Shown here piece after piece: positions 53,901-64,000 of a stretch of DNA of 64,000 bases. The stretch's first letter is position 1. The number at the start of each line of letters is the position of its first letter. The stretch is taken from positions 11,264,001 to 11,328,000 of the forward strand of contig CP086569.2 in NCBI GenBank assembly GCA_009914755.4, in the 5' to 3' direction. The notes below the pieces were generated by a model. It was not told the DNA's origin, ran no database searches, and worked only from the letters and a program-made list of their open reading frames with translations. Origin of the DNA: the human T2T-CHM13v2.0 reference genome, Homo sapiens. A program made the position numbers and the translations under genes.

Positions 53901-56900
53901 TGCCACAGGTGCCTCACCTCTACTCCCTGAAACCTCACTTCCCCTCATGGGCCTTCTGTCCGACTTGGGGTACCCCTAGCCACCCTAGGCACACAGTGGA
54001 CTCGAACCAGGGGTGCCAGCGTCCCTGGGGCTCAGCACAAGGGTTCATGGGAATACACTTTCGTCCGTGGGGGACCCAGTCCTCACTTCTCGGCGGCGCA
54101 TTTTTTTTTTTCTCTGCCCCAGGTGCCTCACCTTCCCCTCATGGGCCTTCTGTCCACCTTGGGGTACCCCTAGCGGCCCGAGGCATACCCTGGGCTCGAA
54201 CCAGGGATGCCAGGGTCCCCGGGGCGCAGCGCAAGGGCTGATGGGGAGACACTTTCTTCCGTGGGGGACCCAGGCCCCTCTTCTCTGAGGCGCTTTTTTT
54301 TTTTTCTCTGCCCCAGGTGCCTCACCTTCACCTCATGGGCCTTCTGCCCGCTTTGGGGTACCCCTAGCGGCTCGAGGCACAAGCTGGGCTCGAATAAGGG
54401 TCGCCAGGGTCCCCGGGGCCCAGCGCAAGGGTTGATGGGACGACACTTTCACCCATGGGGGACCCAGGCCCCGCTTCTCCGCAGCGCAGTTTTTTTTTTT
54501 ATTTGCCCCAGGTGACTCACCTTCCCCTCATGGGCCTTCTGTCTGCTATGGGTTACCCCTAGCAGGCCAGAGGCGCACCCTGGATTCCAGCCAGGGATGC
54601 CAGGGTCCCCGGGGCCCAGTGCAGGGGCTGATGAGAAGGCACTTTCGTCCGTGGGGTACCCAGGCCCTGCTTCTCTGTGGCGCGGTTTTATTTTTTTCTT
54701 TTCTGCCTCAGGTGCCTTACCTCTCCTCCCTCAAACCTCAGCTTCCCCTCATAGGCTTTCTGCCCGCCATGGGGTACCCCAAGAGGCCCGAAGCGCACCC
54801 TTGTCTTGAACCAGGGGTGCCAGGGTCCCCTGGGCCCAGCTCAGGGGCTGATGGGAAGACACTTTCGTCCGTGGGGGAACCAGGCCCCGCTTCTCCGCGG
54901 CACAGTTTTTTTTTTTTTTCTGCCTCAGGTGCCTCACCTTCCCCTCATGGGCCTTCTGCCCGCTTTTGGGTAACCCTAGTGAGCCCAAGGCGCACCCTGG
55001 GCTCGAACGAGGGTCGCCAGGGTCGACGGGGCCCAGCGCAGGGGCTGATGGGAAGGCACTTTCATCCGTGGGGGACCCAGGCCCCGCTACTCCGTGGTTC
55101 GGTTTTTTTTTTTTCCTCTGCCCCAGGTGCCTCACCTTTCCTCCCTCAAACCTCACCTTCCACTCCTGGGCTTTCTGCCTGCGTTGGAGTACCCCTAGCG
55201 ACCCGAGCGCACCCTGGGCTCGAACCAGGGATGCCAGGGTCCCTGGGGCCCAGTGCAGGGGCTGATGGGAAGACACTTTCGTCTGTGGGGGACCCAGGGC
55301 CCGCTTCTCGGCGGCGCGGTTTTTTTTCTCTGCCCCAGGTGCCTTACCTTCCCCTCAGGGGCCTTCTGCCTACGTTGGGATACCCTAGCAGTCCCGAGGT
55401 GCACCCTGGGTTCAAACCAGGGACGCCAGTGTCCCCAGGGCCCAGCGCAGGGGCTCATCGGAAGGCACTTTCTTCCGTGGGGTACCCAGGCCCCGCTTCT
55501 AGGCGGAGCGGTTTTTAATTTTTTTCTGTGCTCCAGGTGTCTCACCTTCCCCTCATGGGCCTTCTGCCCGCCTTGGGGTACCCCTAGCAGGCCGAGGCGC
55601 ACCCTGGGCTCTAACCAGGGACACCAGGTTCCACAGGCCCAGCTCAGGGGCTTATGCGAAGACACTTTCGTCTGTGGGGGACCCAAGCTCTGCTCCTCTG
55701 CAGGGTTGTTTTTTTTTTTTTTTTTCTCTTCCCCAGGTGCCTCACCTTCCCTTCATGGGCTTTCTGCCCGCCTTTGGGTACCCCTAGCGGGCCCGAGGCT
55801 CACCCTGGTTTCGAGCCAGGGATGCTAGTGTCCCCGGGGCCCAGCGCAGTGCTGATGGGAAGGGACTTTTGTCCGTGGGGAACCCAGGGCCCACTTCTCC
55901 GAGGTGAGCTTTTTTTTTTTCTGCCGCAGGTGCCTCACCTCTCCTCCCTCAAACCTCACCTTCCCCTCATGAGCCCTCTGCCCGCCTAGAGGTACCGCTA
56001 GCGGCCCGAGGCACACCCTGTGGCTGAACCAGGGACGCCAGGGTCCCTGCGGCCCAGCACAGGCGCTGATGGGAAGACACTTTCGTTCGTGGAAGACCCA
56101 GGCCCCGTTTCTCAGTGGCGCGGTTTTTTTTCTCTGCCCGGGTGCCTCACCTTCCTCTAATGGGCCTTTTGCCCGCTTTGGGGTACCCCTAGCGGGCCCT
56201 ATTCGCACCCTGCGCTCGAACCAGGGTCGCACCACGAGGTCCAGCGCAAGGCCTGATGGGAAGGCACTTTCGTCAGTGGGGGACCCAGGCCCCGCTTCAC
56301 TGCGGCGCGTTTTTTTTTTTCTGCCACAGGTGCCTCACCTTCCCCTCATGGGCTTTCTGTCCACCTTGGGGTACCCCCAGAGGTCCGAGGCGCACCCTGG
56401 GCTCAAACCAGGGAAGCCAGGGTCCCTGGGGCCCAGCACAGCATCTGATGGGAAGGCACTTTCTTCCATGGGAAACCCAGGCCTCCCTTCTCCGTCGAGA
56501 GGTTTTTTTTTTTTCCTCCGCTCCAGGTGCCTCACCTTCCCTTCATGGGCTTCTGCCCACTTTGGGGTACTGCTAGCGGCCCGAGGCGCACACTGCGTTC
56601 GAACCAGGGTCACCAGGGTCCACGGGGCCAAGCGCAGGGGCTAATGGTAAGGCGCTTTTGTCTGTGGGGGTCCCAGGACCCCCCTCTCCGTGGCGCATTT
56701 TTTTTTTTTCTTTTTTCTGCCACAGGTGCCTCACCTCTCCTCCCTCAAACCTCACCTTCGCCTCATGGGCCTTCTGCCTGCCTTGGGGTACCCCTAGCGG
56801 CCCGAGGCGAACCCTGGGGTCGAACCAGGGACGCCAGGGTCCCTGGGGCCCAGTGCAAGGGCTGATGGGAAGATACTTTCTTCCATGGGAGCCCAGGCAC

Positions 56901-58977
56901 CGCTTCTCCGCGGCGCATATTCTTTTTCTTTCGGCTGCCCCAGGTACCTCACCTTCCCCTCATGGGCCATCTGCCTGCTTTGGGGTACTCCTAGTGGAGC
57001 GAGGCGCACCCTGGGCTCGAACCAGAGTCATCAGGTTCCCTGACGCCCAGCGCAAGGGCTGATGGGAAGACACTTTCGTCTGTGGCGGACCCAGGCCGCG
57101 CTTCTCAGCGGCGCGGTTTTTTTTTTTCTTGCCACAGGTACCTCACCGCTCCTCCCTCAAACCTCAACCTCCCCTCATGGGCTTTCTACCTGCCTTGGGG
57201 TACCCCTAGCGGCCCAAGGCACACCCTGGGTTTGAGCCAAGGTCGCCAGGGTCCACGGGGCTCAGCACAGGGCCTGATGGGAAGGCACTTTCGTCTGTGG
57301 GGGCCCATGCCCTGCTTCTCCGTGGCTCGGTTTTTTTTTTCCTTCCTGCCACAGGTGCCTCACCTCTCCTCCCTCAAACCTCACCTTCCCCTCATGGCCC
57401 TTCTGTCTGCCTTGGGGTACACCTAGCAGCCCGAGGTGCACTGTGGGCTCGAACCAGGGACTCCAGGGTCCCTGGGGCCTAGCGCAAGGGCTGATGGGAA
57501 GACACTTTCGTCCGTGGGGGGGGGGGGTACCCAGTCCCCGCTTCTCCGTGGCGAGGTTTTTTTTCTTTTTCTCTGCCCCAGGTGCCTCACCTTCCCCTCA
57601 TGTGCCTTCTGCACGCTTTGGGGTAACCCTAGCGGCCCAAGGCGCACCCTGGGATCGAACAATGGAAGCCAGGTTCCACGAGGCCAAGCGCAGTGGTTGA
57701 TGGGAAGACACGTTCTTCCTCGGGGACCCAGGCTCTGCTTCTCTGCGGCGTTTTTTTTTTTTCTTTTCCCCAGGTGCCTCACTTTCCCGTCATGGGCTTT
57801 CTGCCCGCCTTGAGGTACCCCTAGCGGGCCCGAGGCGCACCCTGCTTTCGAGCCAGAGATGCTAGGGTCTCCGGGGCCCAGTGCAGGGCTGATGGGTAGG
57901 GACGTTCGTCCGTGGGGGACCCAGGCCCCACTTCTGGGCGGCGCAGTATTTTATTTTTTTCTCTGCCCCAGGTGTCTCACCTTTCCCTCATGGGCCTTCT
58001 GTCTTGGGGTACCCCTAGCAGGCCGAGGCGCACGCTGGGCTCCAGCCAGGGATACCAGGGTCCCCAGGGCGCAGTGCAAGCGCTGATGGGAAGACAGCTT
58101 CTTCTGTGGGGGACCCAGGCCCCACTTATCCGCGGCGCGGTTGTTTTTTGTTTTTTTCTCTGCCCCACGTGCATCACCTTCCCCTCATGGGCCTTCTGCC
58201 CGCTTTTGGGTACACCTAGCGGCCTGAAGCACACCCTGGTCTCGAACCAGCTACGCCAGGGTCCCCTGGGCCCAGCGCAAGGGCTGATGGGAAGACACTT
58301 TCGTCCGTTGGGGACCCAGGCTCCGCTTCTCCGTGGTGCAGTTTTTTTTTTTTTTTTCCTGCCACAGGTGCATCACCTCTCCTTCCTCAAACCTCAACTG
58401 CCCCTCAGGGATTTCTGCCCGCCTTGGGGTACCCCTAGCAGGCCCGAGGCGCACCCGGGGCTCGAACAGGGTCTCCAGTGTCCACAGGGCCCAGCGAAGG
58501 GACTGATGGGAAGGCATTTTCATCCGTGGGGGACCCAGGCCCAGCTTCTCCTAGGCGCGGCTTGTTTTTTTTTTTTTTTTTTCTGCCACAGGTTCCTCAT
58601 CTCTCCTCCCTCAAACGTCAACTTCCCATCATGGGCTTTCTGCCCGACTTGGGGTACCCCTAGCAGCCAAAGGCGCTCCCTGGACTCGAACCATGGATGC
58701 CAGGGTCGCCTGGGCCCAGTGCAGGGGCTGATGGGAAGGTACCTTCATCCGTGGGTACCCAGGCCCCGCTTCTCAAAGCTGCGGTTTTTTTTCTCCACCC
58801 CAGGTGCCTCACCTTCCCCTCATTGGCCTTCTGCCTGCTTTGGGGTAACACGAGCGGGCCCGAGGCACTCCTGGGTCTCGAACCAGGGTCGCCAGGTTCT
58901 CGGGGCTAGCGCAGGAGCTGATAGGAAGGCACTTTCATCAGTGGGGACCCAGGCCCGGCTTCTCCAAGGCGCTGATA

Positions 58978-59011
<34 letters not shown>

Positions 59012-60530
59012 CTGCCACAGGTGACTCACCTCTCCTCCCTCAAATCTCACCTTCCCCTCATGGGCTTTCTGGCTTCCTTAGGGTACCCTAGCGTGCCGGA
59101 GTCTCTTCTGGTCCTTGAACTAGGGTCGCCAGGGTCCAGGAGGCCCAGCGCAGGGGCTGATGAGAAGGCACTTTCGTCTGTGGGAGACCCAGGCCCCACT
59201 TCTCCTCGGCACGTTTTTATTTTTCTGCCGCAGGTGCATCACCTCTCCTCCCTCAAACCTCACCTTCCCCTCATGGGCCTTCTGCCTGCTTTGGGGTACA
59301 CCTAGCGGGCCCGAGGTGCACCCAGGCCTAGAACCAGGGTCGCCTGGGTCCACGGGGCCCAGCGCAGGGACGGATGGGAAGGCACTTTTTTTCCATGGGA
59401 GACCCAGGCCCCGCTTCTCCGTGGCGTGGTTTCTTTTTCTTTTCTGCCACAAGTGCCTCACCTCTCCTCCCTCACAGCTCACCTTCCTCTCATGGGCTTT
59501 CCACCGCTTTGGGGTACCCCAAGTGGCCCAAGGCTCTCCCTGAGCTCAAACCAGGGACCCCAGGTTCCCCGGTGCCCAGCGCAGGGGCTGATGGGAAGAC
59601 ACTTTCATCCGTGGGGGACCCAGGCCCCAGCTCTCCACTGCGCGGGTTTTTTTTTCTTTGTCTGTGACAGGTGCCTCACCTCTCCTGCCTCAAAACTCAC
59701 CTTCCCCTCATGGGCTTTGTGCGCCCAAAGCCCCACTTGGGGTGCACTTAGCGGCTGAGGCACACCCTGAGCTCGAACCAGGGACACCAGGGTCCTCGGT
59801 CCCAGTGCAGGGACTGATGGGAAGACACTTTGTCCGTGGGGCGCCCAGGCCATGCTTCTCCGCAGCAAAGTTTTTTTTTTCTCTGCCCCAGGTGCCTCAC
59901 CATCCCCTTAGGGGCTTTCTGCCCACCTTGGGGTACCCCTACTGGCCCGAGGTGGACCCTGGGGTCAAACCAGGGATGCCAGCGTCCCCAGGGCCCAGCG
60001 AAGGGGCTGATGGGATGGCACTTTCATCCGTGGGGGACCCAGGCACTGCTTCTTGGTGGCGCATTTTTTTTTCTCTGCCTCAGGTGCCTCACCTTCCCCT
60101 CATGGACCTTTTGTTCGCTTTGTGGTACCCCAAGCGGTCCCGAGGCGCACCCTGGGCTCGAACCAGGGTCGCCAGGGTACACCAGGCCCAGCATAGGGCC
60201 TGATGGGGAGGCACTTTCATCCGTGGTGGACCCAGGCCCCACTTCTCTGAGGTGCGGTCCTCTTTTTTTTTTTTTTTTTTTTCTGCCCCTGGTGCCTCAC
60301 CTCTCCTCCCACAAACTTCAACTTCCACTCATGGGGCTTCTGTCCGAGTTGGGGTACCCCTAGTCGCCCGAGGCGCACCCTGGGCGCTAACCAGGGATGT
60401 CAGAGTCCCTGGGGCCCAGCGCAAGGGCTGATGGGAAAAAACTTTCGTCGGTGGATGACTCAGACACCGCTTCGCGGCGCATTTTTTTTTTTCTTTGCCC
60501 CAGGTGTCTCACCTTCCCCTCATGGACCTT
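53900..60530 (-). repeat. Tandem array of about 33 units of about 190-220 bp. It is GC- and CpG-rich, each unit carries a T-run (A-run on the minus strand), and the units come in long and short variants. Family not identified; it could be gamma-satellite-like or subtelomeric.
   Basis: The anchor caggtgcctcacc recurs at 53915, 54121, 54314, 54520, 54710, 54930, 55127, 55336, 55535, 55733, 55929, 56140, 56328, 56526, 56724, 56942, 57138, 57354, 57582, 57770, 57970, 58167, 58369, 58591, 58801, 59020, 59230, 59450, 59671, 59891, 60082, 60290 and 60503. The unit is roughly caggtgcctcacc[tctcctccctcaaacctcacc]ttcccctcatgggccttctgcccgc(c)ttggggtacccctagcggcccgaggcgcaccctgggctcgaaccagggacgccagggtccccggggcccagcgcaggggctgatgggaagacactttcgtccgtgggggacccaggccccgcttctccgcggcgcgg(T)n ctctgcccc. 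The 100-370-aa ORFs here (for example 57912..59024 and 54619..55518) are stop-free repeat artefacts. Confidence 0.9.
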
Positions 60531-60850
60531 CTGACTTTCTGCACCTGCTCCGGCGCTGTGGGCCCCCCTGCGCCTGCGCCGGCGCTGTGCACCTTTGCGA
60601 GGGCGGAGCTGCATTCTTCCCAGCACCCACACGGAGAGCATCGCCAGGGCGGAGCTGAGTTCTCCTCTGCACACACTTCGGAGATACAGCAAAGGCGGAG
60701 CAGTGTTCTCCTCAGCACAGACCTGGGCAGGCTGGGGTCTCCGTGAGGGCGGAGCTGCGTTCTGCTCAGCATAGACCCGGGGGACGCCGCGAAGGCAGAG
60801 TAGCGTTCTCCTCAGCACAGACCTTGGGGGCACTGACTCGCTTTGGGACA
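60530..60850 (+). promoter_or_regulatory. CpG-dense block of about five 46-50-bp tandem repeats (GCGGAGCnG.GTTCTCCTCAGCACAGACC..GGG). It resembles the subtelomeric 61/29/37-bp repeat CpG island that serves as the promoter of TERRA (telomeric repeat-containing RNA), oriented toward the (TTAGGG)n tract.
   Basis: ..gagggcggagctgcattcttcccagcacccacacggagagcatcgccagggcggagctgagttctcctctgcacacacttcggagatacagcaaaggcggagcagtgttctcctcagcacagacctggg..gagggcggagctgcgttctgctcagcatagacccgggggacgccgcgaaggcagagtagcgttctcctcagcacagacc.. has about 25 CpG in 320 bp. Its position 400-700 bp upstream of the telomeric repeats matches the known layout of TERRA promoters. The identification rests on my recollection of those repeats, not on an alignment. 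Confidence 0.55.
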
Positions 60851-61248
60851 ACTCGGGGCCGCATAGACGGTGAATAAAATCCTTCCTGTTTGCAGCCCTG
60901 AGTAATCAGGGTCGGCGACCAGTTAGAAGGGTTCAGTGTGGAAAACGGGAAACCAAAAGCCCCTCTGAATCCTGCCCACCGAGGTTCTCCCCAGCCAAGG
61001 CGAGGCAGCCGCAGTGCGAGATCCACACCGCAGCCTCAGAAGACAAATGCAGCATTCCTAATGCAGACATGACACCCAAAATATGACACCCCCATTGCTC
61101 ATGTAACAAGCACCTGTAATGCTAATGCACTGCCTCAATACAAAAATATTAATATAAGATCCGCAATCCCCTTGCTGCCATGCAGTCCTAAGACAGAGAT
61201 CATAATAATCAACATTGACATAGTCAATACAAACGTAGTAACGAACCT
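60851..61248 (+). other. Pre-telomeric (TAR1-like) unique sequence of the kind found immediately proximal to human terminal repeat tracts
   Basis: ..gcagccctgagtaatcagggtcggcgaccagttagaagggttcagtgtggaaaacgggaaaccaaaagcccctctgaatcctgcccaccgag..aaatgcagcattcctaatgcagacatgacacccaaaatatgacac.. resembles the shared subtelomere-terminal sequence family (..tgcagcattcctaatgcacacatgacacccaaaatata..) that lies directly proximal to (TTAGGG)n on many chromosome ends. Confidence 0.5.
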
Positions 61249-61556
61249 AGGGTTAAGGCTGGTGTTAGGGTTAAGGGTTAGGGGTTAAGTTTAGGGTTAG
61301 GAGTTGGAGATAGGGGTTGGGGTCAGAGTTAGGAGTTAAGAGTCAATGTTTAGAGTTAGGGGTTAAGAGAGGTTAGGGGTTAGGGATAAGGGGTTAGGGT
61401 TGGATTAGTGTGAGGGTGAGAGTTGTGGTTAGGGGTTAGGCTTAGGGGTTACAGTTAAGGGTTAAGGGTTAGGGTTAGGGGTTAGGGTTAGGGTCAGGGG
61501 TTAGGGGTCAGGGGTTAGGGGTCAGGGTCAGGGGTCAGGGTCTGGTTCAGGGGTTC
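61249..61556 (+). repeat. Degenerate telomeric repeat tract (TTAGGG / TTAGGGG / TCAGGG variants), G-strand on plus, about 310 bp; an interstitial telomeric sequence
   Basis: gggttaaggctggtgttagggttaagggttaggggttaag..gggttagggttaggggttagggttagggtcaggggttaggggtcaggggttaggggtcagggtcaggggtcagggtctggttcaggggttcc. Sequence continues into L1 after it, so it is not a chromosome terminus. Confidence 0.9.

Positions 61557-64000
<2,444 letters not shown>

Noticed and set aside
44590-53938. Periodic ORFs such as HLGPGVHLGPD.. and PQVDIRPQVNTRPQV.. resembling a hexapeptide-repeat protein
   Set aside because: An 18-bp DNA unit automatically gives a 6-aa peptide repeat in any open frame. Orientation flips, frequent frame changes and the THE1 LTR insertion are incompatible with a conserved coding sequence.
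54100-54320. Possible bona fide tRNA gene in each unit because of the GGTTCGAGCCC T-arm-like motif
   Set aside because: Only a T-arm-like stem-loop is recognisable. I cannot see a complete acceptor stem, D-arm and anticodon arm or a 3' CCA/trailer, so at most it is a tRNA-derived or SINE-like relic. It is kept as a hypothesis in findings, not called as a tRNA.
53900-60530. Regular about 200-bp repeat spacing superficially reminiscent of a CRISPR array (repeat plus spacer)
   Set aside because: The context is unambiguously primate nuclear DNA (Alu, L1, Tigger1). The units are 200-bp full tandem copies without unique spacers and there are no cas genes, so this is a eukaryotic satellite.
53855-60851. 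Dense overlapping ORFs (up to 370 aa) on both strands across the 200-bp array and the CpG block, which could be read as a repeat-protein gene
   Set aside because: ORFs exist in several frames and on both strands at once and shift frame between units (units are 190-220 bp, not multiples of 3). The peptide 'repeats' simply mirror the DNA repeat, which is a tandem-repeat artefact.
61249-61556. A true chromosome terminus (telomere)
   Set aside because: The TTAGGG-like tract is short (about 310 bp), highly degenerate (TTAGGGG, TCAGGG, TTAAGG variants) and is followed by 2.4 kb of L1, so it is interstitial.

Overview
Primate, almost certainly human, genomic DNA. It carries many Alu elements, including an AluYb8-type copy with the diagnostic GCAGTCC duplication, plus L1 fragments, a Tigger1 DNA transposon and MaLR/ERV-type LTR fragments. 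I find no tRNA, rRNA or CRISPR, and no convincing protein-coding gene. Nearly all long ORFs in the supplied track are low-complexity or tandem-repeat artefacts. From about 1 to 44.6 kb the sequence is ordinary repeat-rich non-coding DNA. It contains several unstable-looking tracts: a 1.1-kb (TGATGG)n-type minisatellite, (GGAT)n blocks, a 2.5-kb almost pure polypurine (GGGAGG/GGAAGG)n tract and a 36-37-bp minisatellite of about 21 units. It also contains a young L1 3' end with a 5' inversion and target-site duplication. From about 44.7 to 61.6 kb lies a composite subtelomere-like block that I cannot assign to a named satellite family. It starts with about 9.2 kb of a diverged 18-bp satellite (consensus roughly CCACCTGGGGCCTGATGT) arranged as a large inverted repeat, with the orientation flip at about 47,210, a short re-flipped patch at 49,360-49,605 and a THE1/MST-type LTR inserted at 49,766-50,150. 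Next comes about 6.6 kb (about 33 units) of a GC- and CpG-rich unit of about 200 bp. Every unit carries a T-run (A-run on the minus strand), and the units come in long and short variants in a quasi-regular order that suggests a higher-order repeat. This is followed by a CpG-dense block of about 46-50-bp repeats (GCGGAGC..GTTCTCCTCAGCACAGACC) resembling the 61/29/37-bp subtelomeric promoter repeats of the telomeric RNA TERRA. After that comes pre-telomeric-type unique sequence and about 310 bp of degenerate (TTAGGG)n. The (TTAGGG)n tract does not end the molecule. It abuts an antisense, truncated L1 that continues to the window end, so this is an interstitial telomeric sequence or relic chromosome end, not a live telomere.
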